A stretch of 49,280 nucleotides of DNA, taken from assembly GCA_026417075.1 (NCBI GenBank), contig JAOADY010000045.1:1-49280 (forward strand). Reading direction: 5' to 3'. Position numbers and translations under genes: made by a program. The notes beneath the pieces were generated by a model that did no database searches, was not told the DNA's origin, and saw only the letters and a list, made by a program, of their open reading frames with translations. Source of the DNA: Caloramator sp. (GTDB lineage Bacteria; Bacillota; Clostridia; Clostridiales; Caloramatoraceae). This document shows, piece by piece, positions 39,421 to 49,280 of the stretch; position 1 is the stretch's first letter, and each line of letters starts with the position of its first letter.

Positions 39421-40193
39421 TTATTTACCTCCATATTTGATATAATAAGTTCTACTCCCTCTTCTTCATATTGATTTATAATTTCCTTATCAATACCATT
39501 ATCGGTTATTATAATGTCCACATCATTTATATCTGCAATTTTAGCAAAAAAAACTGAATTAAATTTGGAATGATCACAAACAACTATAACTTCTTGTGAT
39601 ATACTTATTATAGTTTTCTTAGTATTAGCCTCAATTATATTAGGAGTTGTAATTCCTAACTTCAACGATATCCCATTTGTACCTATAAAAGCTTTATCTA
39701 CTCTTATATTTTTAAGAGCCATATCTGTTAATGGACCTACAAAAGCTCTTGTTTCCCATCTTAGATTCCCACCAGTAACAATTACATCTATATCTTTTTT
39801 ATTAGAAAGCTCATATGCAATATCAAGAGAATTTGTAACAACAGTCAAATTTTTTGCAGTTATATTTTTTGCGATTTGAAGAGTAGTTGTTCCTGAATCA
39901 AGAGCTATAATATCTCCATCTTTTATAAGCTTTGCTGAACTCTTCCCTATACATTCTTTTTCAATAATATATTTGTCTGATTTTTCCGAAAATGTAGGTT
40001 CAAACTTTATGCTGTCATTAAGAACTGCACCTCCATGAACTCTTTTCAAAAGTCCTTCTTCTTCTAATTCCTTAAGATCCTTCCTTATAGTAACTTCAGA
40101 AACATCATATATTTTAGCTAAATCAGTAACCTTAATATTCCCTTTTTCTTTTAGGAGGTTTATTATCTGTATTTTTCTTTCTTCACTAAACAT
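39417..40193 (-). CDS. fruR: DeoR family regulator of the fru operon
   Basis: VSEVTIRKDL...RVHGGA, LDSGTTT, VVTNS; ATGA overlap with fruK. Confidence 0.9.
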   Translation of the reverse strand: MFSEERKIQIINLLKEKGNIKVTDLAKIYDVSEVTIRKDLKELEEEGLLKRVHGGAVLNDSIKFEPTFSEKSDKYIIEKECIGKSSAKLIKDGDIIALDSGTTTLQIAKNITAKNLTVVTNSLDIAYELSNKKDIDVIVTGGNLRWETRAFVGPLTDMALKNIRVDKAFIGTNGISLKLGITTPNIIEANTKKTIISISQEVIVVCDHSKFNSVFFAKIADINDVDIIITDNGIDKEIINQYEEEGVELIISNMEVNK

Positions 40194-40250
40194 TATACGT
40201 CCCCCTATTTACTTAAAAAGTTTTCTGGTTTTATCAGAATATTATATTTA

Positions 40251-40316
40251 ATTTCGTTTGTGTTTTTAAATACTTTCTTTTATTTTCATTTTATTACGAT
40301 TGATTTCGTTTGTCAA
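40251..40316 (-). promoter_or_regulatory. sigmaA promoter of the fru operon with phased DeoR/FruR-type repeats
   Basis: TTGACA (40316-40311), 17 nt, TAAAAT (40293-40288); TTTC/TTAC units at 40274, 40284, 40294, 40304 (10-bp period) and 40252. Confidence 0.7.
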
Positions 40317-40337
40317 TAATTATTTATAAAAAGTAAG

Positions 40338-40445
40338 GTAAGCGTTAAAAAAACTCCGTATTCACTACCCATTTATCCTTTGATAAAATAAATCCAGTAG
40401 AGTAAGCTGTAAAGCCTTCTACTGGATTTTTATCTTTTATTCATG
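40338..40445 (-). mobile_element. IS66-type right end
   Basis: Begins GTAAGCGT (IS66-type terminus) directly downstream of an IS66 tnpC fragment; contains the hairpin AAATCCAGTAGA/TCTACTGGATTT. Confidence 0.75.
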
Positions 40446-40464
40446 AATATTTTACTTTCAAGTT

Positions 40465-40815
40465 TTAATTTACAAGGAAGCTCTTTTGTGACCAAGGCAT
40501 ATATCTTAACAGCGTAGCTGCATCTTTCTTATCCAAATTACAAAGCACATCCATAAGATAAACTAAATACTTTTCAACATTTAGATCATTTGCCTTAGCC
40601 GTTTCTGCTATGCTATAGATAATTGCAATTGCTTTTGCTCCTTTAGGTGTATTACATAAAAGCCAATTTTTTCTTCCAAGAACAAAAGGTTTTATTGCTC
40701 TCTCAGCTCCGTTATTATCAATCTCTAAGGAGCCATCAGTCAAAAATATTCTAAAGCCTGGTAATAGCTTTTGGCTATATTCAAGAACCTGTCCTAAAAG
40801 ACTTCTATTAAGCAT
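40465..40815 (-). pseudogene. IS66 family transposase TnpC, C-terminal fragment
   Basis: DGSLEIDNNGAERAIKPFVLGRKNWL...YSIAETAKAN...YL...MPWS; only 116 aa remain. Confidence 0.9.
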
Positions 40816-40846
40816 ATGTTTCTCTTAAAATTATAAATATAATCTC

Positions 40847-42424
40847 TTATTTATTAATTGATTTTATATATCTATCATATTGAGCCTGCTTTATTGATAT
40901 AACCTCCTTTAATCCCATATTATTTAATATATTAATATATTTATCAAAATTATTAATTGGTTCTTTCCCAATAATAAATTCATTTATTATACAATTTTTA
41001 TAATTTGTAATATCCGTTTCTATTTTTATTAGTTTTTCTTGCTCATTTTTATTAGCTAAAAGCATTGGAAAGGGTTCTTTTAATATTGGCTTAATCATAA
41101 TATGATAATTTTCAAAATTCGGAAGTATAGAAAGCATTTGTATATATTGTTCTCGTTGTTGTACCCACGGAATTGTTGGCCATGCTCCTACAGTTCTTAA
41201 TACATCAGATACACCTAATCCATCTTTGTTATATATTACATATTTAGTAAACTTAGGTATACCATTTTCTATTATATACGTTTTATTTTCTATTCCCCAC
41301 GCCATATATCTTTGCCCTTCATTACTCCAAAGATAATCTAAAAATTTTATTGCAATTATAGGATTTTTACACTTTTTAGTTATTCCACTAAATCTTTTAT
41401 CTATAATATTTGTCGTATCCAAAGTTCTTTCAGCATTTAATCCCTTTGGTGGTAATATAGGAATATAGGTAGCTTCATTACAATTTGTCAATTGTAATTT
41501 TTTCTGCCAAGAAATAATCCAATCTGGATATGTAACAAAAACTCCAACTTTATTATTTATAACTTTTGATTTAATTATTTGTCTTGTCAAACCTAAATAA
41601 TTTTCATCAATTAACCTTTCTTTATATAATTTATTTGCAAATATTAAAAATTCTTTCATATTTGGTTCTGCCCACTGATATTTTACTTGTCCATTTTTTA
41701 CTATATAATCGCTACCAGACATAAGTTGAAGTCCAAATGCTTCCGAAAAATAAAATGGATTACTACAAAATGGTACTTCATCATTAATTCCATTTCCATT
41801 TGGATCTTTATCTCTAAATGCTTTTAATACTTTCACCCAATCTTCAATTGATTCAGGTTCATTTAAATGCAATTTTTGAAGCCAATCTTTTCTTATAGCA
41901 AAGGTAGGCTGCAATGTATCCATACTACCTTCAATTATAGAAGAAAGTCCATAAATATGACCATCAGCGCTAGTCATTAATTCTTTTGAACTAGGATATT
42001 TCAAAAAAACTTTTTTTATATTTGGTGCATATTTTTCTATCAACCCTTCTAAAGGTATTAAAATTCCTGCTTGACCATAAGGAGTTGGATCGTAATTAGG
42101 TACTACAACTAAATCAAGTAAATTATTATTTGTAATAAGTCTCATTTGCATTTCATAATCATACTGACTTGAAGGTAATACATCCCATTTAATTTTTACA
42201 TTTGTTTTCCTTTGAATCTCATTCCATACTTCAAGATTATTATTCAAACTTGCAGATTCATAATAATTTTCATGTGTAGCCCATACTAATGTCACAAGCT
42301 CTTTTGATATAAATTTCTCTGTTCCTTTGATTTGAGAACTAATTGTTTTATTATTTTTTTCATGTCCACAACTCAACATTAAAATTATTATTAGTAAAAA
42401 TATAATAATTTTATTTTTTTTCAT
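40847..42424 (-). CDS. Extracellular solute-binding lipoprotein (LplA/YtcQ-like)
   Basis: Lipobox-like LMLSC, IRKDWL, DPNGNGINDEVP, C-terminal KQAQYDRY. Confidence 0.88.
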   Translation of the reverse strand: MKKNKIIIFLLIIILMLSCGHEKNNKTISSQIKGTEKFISKELVTLVWATHENYYESASLNNNLEVWNEIQRKTNVKIKWDVLPSSQYDYEMQMRLITNNNLLDLVVVPNYDPTPYGQAGILIPLEGLIEKYAPNIKKVFLKYPSSKELMTSADGHIYGLSSIIEGSMDTLQPTFAIRKDWLQKLHLNEPESIEDWVKVLKAFRDKDPNGNGINDEVPFCSNPFYFSEAFGLQLMSGSDYIVKNGQVKYQWAEPNMKEFLIFANKLYKERLIDENYLGLTRQIIKSKVINNKVGVFVTYPDWIISWQKKLQLTNCNEATYIPILPPKGLNAERTLDTTNIIDKRFSGITKKCKNPIIAIKFLDYLWSNEGQRYMAWGIENKTYIIENGIPKFTKYVIYNKDGLGVSDVLRTVGAWPTIPWVQQREQYIQMLSILPNFENYHIMIKPILKEPFPMLLANKNEQEKLIKIETDITNYKNCIINEFIIGKEPINNFDKYINILNNMGLKEVISIKQAQYDRYIKSINK

Positions 42425-42447
42425 TTTAAACCATTCTCCTTTATAGT

Positions 42448-44703
42448 TTAAGCATCTTTATATCTATTCATATTTATAATATATTCACTAGGAGTCATTT
42501 TTTCATATTTTTTAAAAACTCTCCTAAATGTTATATCGCTATTATAACCAACTACATTCGCTATTTCTGCAATAGTCATTTGTCCATTAAGTAATTGTTT
42601 AGCTTTACTAATTCGTTTCTGATTAAGATAATCTAAAAAATTTAAGCCTATCTGTTCTTTAAAAAATTTACTTATATAAGGGACTGATTTACCTACATAT
42701 TCACTAATACTTTCTAAAGAAAGATTAGGATTACTATAGTTTTCATTTATGTAATTCAATATATTCATTTTTAAAATATCAAATGTATTTTCCTTATTTT
42801 CAGAAGCTTTTTCGCATATCTCTTTACATAAATCACAAATATATTCTTGAATTTCTTTTAATGAATTTATATTTCTTATATTTTTTCTATCTATTCTTAT
42901 AATCTTCTCTAATTTTAAATCACTTATCGCTTTTAATAAAGTTGCCATCATATCATATAACAAATACTCACTATTTATTACATTAAACCCTTCCTTATTA
43001 ATATTTACTGAAATTATTTCTTGAATAGTATTTACAGCCTCATCAAAATTTGTCCTTCTTAACGCATTTAATATTTCAAGTTCCTTTTCAATAGGATAAT
43101 AGTAAATATTATTTATCAAATTTAATTCTTTAAAAAAGACAACTGTATTCTCTCTTGAAGCTATTCTATATCCTATAGATTTTTTTGCTTCTTCAAAAGA
43201 ATTAATTAATTCTTTAACATTTGTATATGCGTTTCCTACTCCAACTATACATTCAACTCTCAATTTATTTTCAGTTATTTCCTTTATCTTTAATATAAAT
43301 TCTTCAATATTATCTAAATAATCTGTATTTACTATCATTATTTTTTGTGTACCATTCAATTCAACAAAATAAATGATGTTATTATAATTTTTAGCAATAT
43401 TTTTACATATTTCTTGATACTCCTTGCTAATACCATTAACATTATTATATATAAAAATTACTGTTAATAAATATTTTAATTTAAACTCTACATCTATTGT
43501 TTTTAAAAATTTATCTGAAACTATATCTTCATTTAAACTTCCATTTAAAAGTTGTATAAAATAAGCATTTCTTACAAATATTTTGTTCTGTTCCGTTTGC
43601 TGTCTATAAAAATCTTCTTCATTTAAAAGAATATTTATAGATTTTTTTAAAAACTCATATTCATCACCAATAGTTATTTTTTTATACGAAAACCTTCCCT
43701 TTAATAAATTAATTAAATCCATTATAGGATCATAGTTTCGTATAGTTAACCAATATGAAAGTATTACACCTACAAATATAATTAATATTAGAAATATTAT
43801 GATAGTTTTTTTCATATAGTTTATTTGTTTCATAACTAAATCATAGGGCAATGTAATAATATAATTCCATTTATTTAAACTTGAAACTTTATGAAAAACA
43901 AAAAATTTTTTACTATCAATTTTAGCTATATTAGAATTATTTTTGATTATTTGCTTTATATTCTTAGTCAACGCATTATTACCTATATTTACGATAAATT
44001 CATCTTTGTTATTTAATATAAATATGCTTGACTCTTTGCTTATCTGGAAATCATCTAGTTTTGACATTAATTCATCATAATTAATATACGCAATTAAATA
44101 GGCATGTCCTTTTTGATCTATTGAAGGAATTGGTTGAATATATGTAATAACATTTGAATTATTATCATATTCAAATTTATTAGGACCTAATATCTCAAAA
44201 TTACCATAATAATTTAATATATTATTCCATGTTTGATTATCATAATTTTTTAATTTATAAATACTATTAAAAAAAGTATCCATATCTAAAACTCCAATAG
44301 AAGATATTACAAATTGTTGCTGTGGAAATACTATTGATATACTATTAATAAAATTATTTATTATATCATATCCTTTTAATTCTAACACATAGTTATTTAA
44401 CTCTACAGCATTTATTCTACTATAATCAAATTTATCTCCCTGCATAAACATTATTTCCTTTACCCAAGGCATACACGAATACTGTATAGCAATATTATTA
44501 AGTTCTTTTAATTGCTCATCCACATAATTTGATAACTCTTTAATTATAGTTTCATGAGATTGTTCTACTTGTTTTGTTAAGGCTGAATTAATTTCCAAGT
44601 AATTATACATACTTAAGCTTATTAATGGTATTAATAAAACAACTATATATGATAAAAAAAATCTATTTATTATTTTTCTCATTTGCTTCATCTCCAATAG
44701 CAA
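42448..44703 (-). CDS. Membrane-bound AraC family regulator (YesS/YtdP-like); start uncertain
   Basis: Two TM segments flanking a sensor domain; C-terminal AraC HTH (YISKFFKE...IAEIANVVGYNS...FRRVFKK..TPSEY). Confidence 0.88.
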   Translation of the reverse strand: MLLEMKQMRKIINRFFLSYIVVLLIPLISLSMYNYLEINSALTKQVEQSHETIIKELSNYVDEQLKELNNIAIQYSCMPWVKEIMFMQGDKFDYSRINAVELNNYVLELKGYDIINNFINSISIVFPQQQFVISSIGVLDMDTFFNSIYKLKNYDNQTWNNILNYYGNFEILGPNKFEYDNNSNVITYIQPIPSIDQKGHAYLIAYINYDELMSKLDDFQISKESSIFILNNKDEFIVNIGNNALTKNIKQIIKNNSNIAKIDSKKFFVFHKVSSLNKWNYIITLPYDLVMKQINYMKKTIIIFLILIIFVGVILSYWLTIRNYDPIMDLINLLKGRFSYKKITIGDEYEFLKKSINILLNEEDFYRQQTEQNKIFVRNAYFIQLLNGSLNEDIVSDKFLKTIDVEFKLKYLLTVIFIYNNVNGISKEYQEICKNIAKNYNNIIYFVELNGTQKIMIVNTDYLDNIEEFILKIKEITENKLRVECIVGVGNAYTNVKELINSFEEAKKSIGYRIASRENTVVFFKELNLINNIYYYPIEKELEILNALRRTNFDEAVNTIQEIISVNINKEGFNVINSEYLLYDMMATLLKAISDLKLEKIIRIDRKNIRNINSLKEIQEYICDLCKEICEKASENKENTFDILKMNILNYINENYSNPNLSLESISEYVGKSVPYISKFFKEQIGLNFLDYLNQKRISKAKQLLNGQMTIAEIANVVGYNSDITFRRVFKKYEKMTPSEYIINMNRYKDA

Positions 44704-44738
44704 TATATAATTTTATTTAAATTATAGTAGATATATTT

Positions 44739-44843
44739 GTAAGCGTCAAAAAATCTCCGTATTCACTAAGCATTTATCCTTTGATAAAATAAATTAAGTA
44801 TAGTAAGCAAGCCTTCTACTGGATTTATAATTTTTTATTCTTG
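44739..44843 (-). mobile_element. Second, isolated IS66-type end (direct repeat of 40338-40445)
   Basis: GTAAGCGTCAAAAAATCTCCGTATTCACTAAGCATTTATCCTTTGATAAAATAAAT...AAGCCTTCTACTGGATTT aligns to 40338 onward with scattered differences. Confidence 0.8.
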
Positions 44844-44863
44844 GGACTTTCTAGTTTCTAAAA

Positions 44864-44893
44864 CAACCCACCTAATAAATCAGGTGGGTGTTG
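44864..44893 (-). terminator. Probable terminator of the LevR-type gene
   Basis: CAACCCACCT / AGGTGGGTGTTG stem about 30 nt past the stop. Confidence 0.6.
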
Positions 44894-44922
44894 AATACAA
44901 TAAATCTCCATTTTAAAAATTT

Positions 44923-47742
44923 TTATTTTTTTAATACTTTTATAATATAACAAATCTCATCATCACTTATTGTTATATTATATTCTTTTTCTAATATTTC
45001 GCAGGCATTTTTTACATGATTAAACTCTTTAATGTTTTTTTCTTTAAATTCTAAAATATTTTCAAATTTCACTTTTTCCCCTTGAATTATTCTATCTAAC
45101 ATACAACCCATGTGAACTATTAAATCAATTATGTTATCTTTATTTTTATCTGAATCATCAAGTTCTAATTTTTTTATAAATTCTTTTATATTAACTATAG
45201 CAATTTTAGGATTTACATACTTTAAATATTGTTCTAATATTTCTTTTGAAGATTCATAAATACTTTTGTTCAAATCATCTTTTATATTAGTATAATTACT
45301 TGAAACTCTTACATCAATAAGTTTATTAAATTCTTCTTTAAAACTACTGTTTAATATCTTATTAATTGGATAATAAGGTATATTTATATTAGGTTTTATG
45401 CTTCCAATGCATGCAATAATATCATATTTTTCTAAAAATGCTCCGATATTATTTTCTACCTCAAAATAGTTAGTTGAAATAATTTCTATTTCATTTTTTA
45501 ATTCATCTTTAATCGCTTCATATATTATTTTTTTTGCCATAAGTCCAGCACCTTGTCCTGTTACACAAAATGTTAATATAGCTTTTTTCTTTATTGCTGT
45601 CTGTATATTTGAAAATCCACTTAATTTCATTATAGAATTATATATACTTTCTAAGTCATCATTAGAATATAAAATTTTTCGTGCTACTTCTAACAACAAT
45701 AAAGTTGAAATATTATTAATTGTTTTTACTTTTATTCCTGATTCTTTTTGAAATTTCATTCCAAAATTACATAGCGAGCCCATGTCAACTAATAATAGTA
45801 TACCGTGTTCTTTATTAATTTTAAGAGCAGTATTTTTAAACTTTTCATAAATACACTGTACATCTGCCTCAAGAGGCATATTTATTGCTTTTATTATATT
45901 AGTATTTAAAAGCTTGTTTACTACATCTGCCATACTTGATGCTGTGCTTTCCCCATGGCATATTATTATTATGCCTATTTTTGTATCTGTATTAGTATTT
46001 AATTTATTGTTAGCCAAAAGTAAAGTCAAAAAACCTTTTTCATCTTCAGGTACAATTATTCCAAATTTATCACTTATTTTTTTTACCAATAATTTAGAAA
46101 CAACATATTCCTTAGAATATTGAATTCGTACTTTAAGTATATCAGGATTTACTATATATTTATTTTCAGAAATCCTCTTAAGCAGTGCATTTATATGAAA
46201 CGCAAGTGCATAAATAAATTTATTGCTGAAAATAGTATCCAGCTCTTTTTCTGCTAAACTGATAAGTTCAAAGCAAGTATCAACAACTTCTCTTGGGATT
46301 ACTTTATATAAAGTAATTCTATTGGTATTAGAAATATTTAAGTTTCTAATTACATTTTTAAAGTGATCCTCAATAAGAATTCTAATTTTTGCTTCAATTT
46401 CTTCCTTTGATAAATTTTTTTCTTTCAATTTTTCTAATGTCTTATTTATTTTTTCATATATATTATCTGCAATTTTATCATTTGAGAGAATATTAATATT
46501 ATTTTTTGTACATTCCGGAGTTAAAGTAATATAATTATCAAACATACCAAGGTAGTATTTATCTTCTTTGCTTAAATGTGTGTTTCCAAAAACATAATCA
46601 GTAATTTCTTTATTAAGCATTTCAAATTCAATAAAAAGTTGCTTATTATTCTGAATATGATCAAAATAAGATCTTGCACACAATAATTTAATTTCTGACT
46701 TAAGCTGACCAATATTTCCATTCTTAAAAGGATATACAGCTAAAGCTTTAAGTACATCACAAGAAATTTTTAATTCTGAATTTAAGTTGATACATTCTTT
46801 AATAAAAATTGACTGAATTATTTCAACTCTTTCTTCAACCGATTTTTCACGAAAAGATGGAAGTGTAATTATAACTGGAATTCTTCTTAAAAAAGTTGTT
46901 AAAAGATTTACTTTCGGCTCTTCAGTAGTTGCAGCAATAATCATCACATTACTTTTTCTTGGATTTGAAGATTCACCTAATTTGTGGTATTCTCCTTTAT
47001 CCATAAGATAAAAAAGCATTTCTTGTCCATCTGGTGGGAGCCTATGTACCTCATCCAAAAACAAAATACCTCCATTAGCTTTTTCAACAAGACCAACTTT
47101 TTCTGTATCAGCACCTGTAAAAGCTCCCTTTGCATGTCCAAAAAGCTGTGATAATAATAATTGAGGATTATTGAAATAATCGGAACAATTAAAAGATATA
47201 TATGGAAATTCATTTTCATTTAAATTTTTCTTAAGCTTTGCATATTCATACATTTTTAATGCAAAGGTACTTTTCCCTACACCACTTTCTCCTAAAATTA
47301 AAGTGTGAAGGCCTTTAGGAGGATACATAAGTGCAGCTTTTGCTTGAGATATTTGATTTAAAAGACTATTTTTATTACCTATTAAATCATTAAAAGGATC
47401 TCCACTATTATTATATCTAACAGATTTTAATTTATTTTTAAATTCTTCAAGGTTCAAAACAATATTTATATTATAATCATTGATTATATTGTACTTCACT
47501 AAAATATCCTTAGGAAAAAAAGAAACTGGTCTAGTATTTATTTTTATTAATTTACCTTGCTTGAAAAGCTGATTTAAAAGAGTGCTGGCATTATTTCTTA
47601 TAATTCCCAATTCTTTCTCAATTTCATCTGCGCATACACCATCATATCGATCATTCTTTATACATTCATTAATAAACTCAATATTAATTTTTTCATTTAT
47701 ATAATTTTCAATAGCGCTTATATTTTTCAATAATATCACCAT
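44923..47742 (-). CDS. LevR-type sigma54 activator (HTH-AAA+-PRD-EIIA-EIIB-PRD)
   Basis: GESGVGKS, LFGHAKGAFTGA, LFLDEVHRLPPDGQE, ICHGESTASSMA, LLVDMGSL, CVTGQG, PRD His residues. Confidence 0.92.
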   Translation of the reverse strand: MVILLKNISAIENYINEKINIEFINECIKNDRYDGVCADEIEKELGIIRNNASTLLNQLFKQGKLIKINTRPVSFFPKDILVKYNIINDYNINIVLNLEEFKNKLKSVRYNNSGDPFNDLIGNKNSLLNQISQAKAALMYPPKGLHTLILGESGVGKSTFALKMYEYAKLKKNLNENEFPYISFNCSDYFNNPQLLLSQLFGHAKGAFTGADTEKVGLVEKANGGILFLDEVHRLPPDGQEMLFYLMDKGEYHKLGESSNPRKSNVMIIAATTEEPKVNLLTTFLRRIPVIITLPSFREKSVEERVEIIQSIFIKECINLNSELKISCDVLKALAVYPFKNGNIGQLKSEIKLLCARSYFDHIQNNKQLFIEFEMLNKEITDYVFGNTHLSKEDKYYLGMFDNYITLTPECTKNNINILSNDKIADNIYEKINKTLEKLKEKNLSKEEIEAKIRILIEDHFKNVIRNLNISNTNRITLYKVIPREVVDTCFELISLAEKELDTIFSNKFIYALAFHINALLKRISENKYIVNPDILKVRIQYSKEYVVSKLLVKKISDKFGIIVPEDEKGFLTLLLANNKLNTNTDTKIGIIIICHGESTASSMADVVNKLLNTNIIKAINMPLEADVQCIYEKFKNTALKINKEHGILLLVDMGSLCNFGMKFQKESGIKVKTINNISTLLLLEVARKILYSNDDLESIYNSIMKLSGFSNIQTAIKKKAILTFCVTGQGAGLMAKKIIYEAIKDELKNEIEIISTNYFEVENNIGAFLEKYDIIACIGSIKPNINIPYYPINKILNSSFKEEFNKLIDVRVSSNYTNIKDDLNKSIYESSKEILEQYLKYVNPKIAIVNIKEFIKKLELDDSDKNKDNIIDLIVHMGCMLDRIIQGEKVKFENILEFKEKNIKEFNHVKNACEILEKEYNITISDDEICYIIKVLKK

Positions 47743-47941
47743 CTTTATTACTGTTTTTAAAGCTTATTACTTTAAATTTACCATATAAATTTAAAACAGG
47801 AATTTTATTAGTATACTTATTTAAAAATAAAGTTAATAAAAATGCAATTAAAGTTATATATATGTTTTTACATAAAAAAGATATATAAAGAAGAATTAGA
47901 GCTAAAAAAACAAATAAATACCATAAAAAAACTTTCAACAT
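47708..47941 (-). CDS. Small membrane protein (77 aa)
   Basis: Two hydrophobic segments, RBS-like GGTGA, overlaps the start of the activator gene. Confidence 0.5.
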   Translation of the reverse strand: MLKVFLWYLFVFLALILLYISFLCKNIYITLIAFLLTLFLNKYTNKIPVLNLYGKFKVISFKNSNKDGDIIEKYKRY

Positions 47942-48078
47942 AAATCACCAACTTTCAACTTTTTTATTTTATGATAATATATCGATAAAATAAAAACAAT
48001 AGTACACATATATTATACTTGAATATGGTTTGGTTTTGTTAGATGTTAATTAAACCACTAATCTATACAGAAATAATT

Positions 48079-48126
48079 AAAATTAATGCACTATGCTTAG
48101 TATTTAAAGTATAGTGCATTAATTTT
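48079..48126. promoter_or_regulatory. Long inverted repeat upstream of the PTS sigma54 promoter
   Basis: AAAATTAATGCACTAT (48079-48094) / ATAGTGCATTAATTTT (48111-48126). Confidence 0.55.
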
Positions 48127-48173
48127 TTTTTAAAATATTTTAAAAATTGGAAAATATAATTTATGCACTATTT

Positions 48174-48189
48174 TGGCATGATAATTGCA
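48174..48189 (+). promoter_or_regulatory. sigma54 (-24/-12) promoter of the PTS genes
   Basis: TGGCATGATAATTGCA, near consensus, divergent from the LevR-type activator. Confidence 0.88.
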
Positions 48190-48236
48190 GTTACTATTGA
48201 TGCAACATAAATTAATTAGCAAAAGGAGAATGATAT

Positions 48237-48707
48237 ATGGAAGAAAATATAACATTACTTAATGAAGAATTAATATTTTTGGATTTCGAATCCACTAATC
48301 AGGAAGAACTGTTAAAAAAACTTGGAAATTTTCTTTATAGTAAGGGATATGTTAAAGAAAGTTACGTAGATGGTATCATCCAAAGAGAAAAAGTTTTTCC
48401 AACAGGACTTAATACCTTAGGGGTGGCTGTTGCTATTCCTCATACTGATGCAAAACATGTAAATAAATCAGTTCTGTTAGTAGCAAAACTTAAAAATCCA
48501 ATATGCTTTAAAGAAATGGGAAATGGAATTAATGATGTTTATGTAAAACTCATATTTATGCTTGCAATCAAAAATCCCGATGAACAATTAAAAACTTTAA
48601 GCAAATTAATGTCTATATTTTCTGAAGAAAAGACTCTACTCAATATTTACAATGCAAAAATTAAGAAAGACATATTTAATATTCTAAATGATGTTATTTT
48701 AAGATGA
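48237..48707 (+). CDS. PTS EIIA, galactitol family (GatA-like)
   Basis: REKVFPTGL...VAIPHTD..HV...FKEMG. Confidence 0.88.
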   Translation: MEENITLLNEELIFLDFESTNQEELLKKLGNFLYSKGYVKESYVDGIIQREKVFPTGLNTLGVAVAIPHTDAKHVNKSVLLVAKLKNPICFKEMGNGINDVYVKLIFMLAIKNPDEQLKTLSKLMSIFSEEKTLLNIYNAKIKKDIFNILNDVILR

Positions 48708-48752
48708 TTTAAATTATAATATTTTAATAATTTTTTAAAAGGAGAGGATATC

Positions 48753-49043
48753 ATGAGTAAAGTAAAAAAAATTTTCGTTGCCTGTGGATCAGGAGTTGCA
48801 ACTTCTCAAACTGTTGCATCAAAAATAGCTAGTATGTGTGAAAATGAGAATCTACCCGTTAGTGTTGAGGCAGTTGATATTAAATCTTTAGAAAATGTTA
48901 TAGATCAATGTGATATTTATGTTTCAATAGTACCATTAGGTTCTAAAAATTGGGGAAAACCTACAATTAGTGGAATACCATTTTTAACTGGTGTTGGTAT
49001 TAAAGAGGAATTTGAAAAATTAAAAAATTTCGTTAATAAATAA
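48753..49043 (+). CDS. PTS EIIB, galactitol family (GatB-like)
   Basis: VACGSGVATS, GIPFLTGVG. Confidence 0.9.
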   Translation: MSKVKKIFVACGSGVATSQTVASKIASMCENENLPVSVEAVDIKSLENVIDQCDIYVSIVPLGSKNWGKPTISGIPFLTGVGIKEEFEKLKNFVNK

Positions 49044-49262
49044 TAAAAAAAACTCCTAAAGTGTAGTATTACTTTAAGAGTTAAAAATGGATTAGTTTCA
49101 AATTATTATAACATTTTACAATTGAAAAATAAATTATAAACTTTAGTTATGCAAAAATAAAAGTCTAATTGGTAATACTACCAAAAAATAAAAATTGGCA
49201 TAAGTCCTTAATTCGTGTTAAATAAAAATTGCAAACAAATAAACAACACGGAGGTAAGAACT

Positions 49263-49280
49263 ATGCCATATACAACTATA
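49263..49280 (+). CDS. Start of an unidentified CDS (MPYTTI...), truncated by the window end
   Basis: RBS GGAGGT followed by ATG at 49263; only six codons visible. Confidence 0.5.

Noticed and set aside
49195-49212. Second sigma54 promoter TTGGCATAAGTCCTTA
   Set aside because: Good -24 element but no GC at -12.

Overview
Low-GC Clostridia-type chromosomal window with no rRNA, tRNA or CRISPR array. In order: a sigma54-controlled methionine catabolism unit (megL 5' part, NhaC/MetT-like transporter, TyrR-like activator); a 4.4-17 kb mosaic of unrelated single genes around a REP-associated-type HUH/Y1 transposase (RAYT) gene; housekeeping genes (MCP, NlpC/P60, ZupT, Na/Pi symporter, polysaccharide deacetylase); a ROK-galT-galK-galE operon whose galT carries one in-frame TAG; and a more AT-rich sugar region from about 28.3 kb (ABC transporter with two Gfo/Idh/MocA and two TIM-barrel enzymes, a fru operon, IS66 remnants around an AraC/solute-binding pair, a LevR-type activator and galactitol-family PTS IIA/IIB). 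The most striking signal is a non-palindromic 10-mer, GAACYGTCCC. I found nine exact copies plus variants, all between 4448 and 16973. It brackets the RAYT gene as inverted ends, brackets a 212-bp non-coding unit, and then recurs in one orientation, mostly at gene boundaries. This looks like a RAYT-linked repeat and gene-cassette system. All motif counts are by eye; no database search was run.
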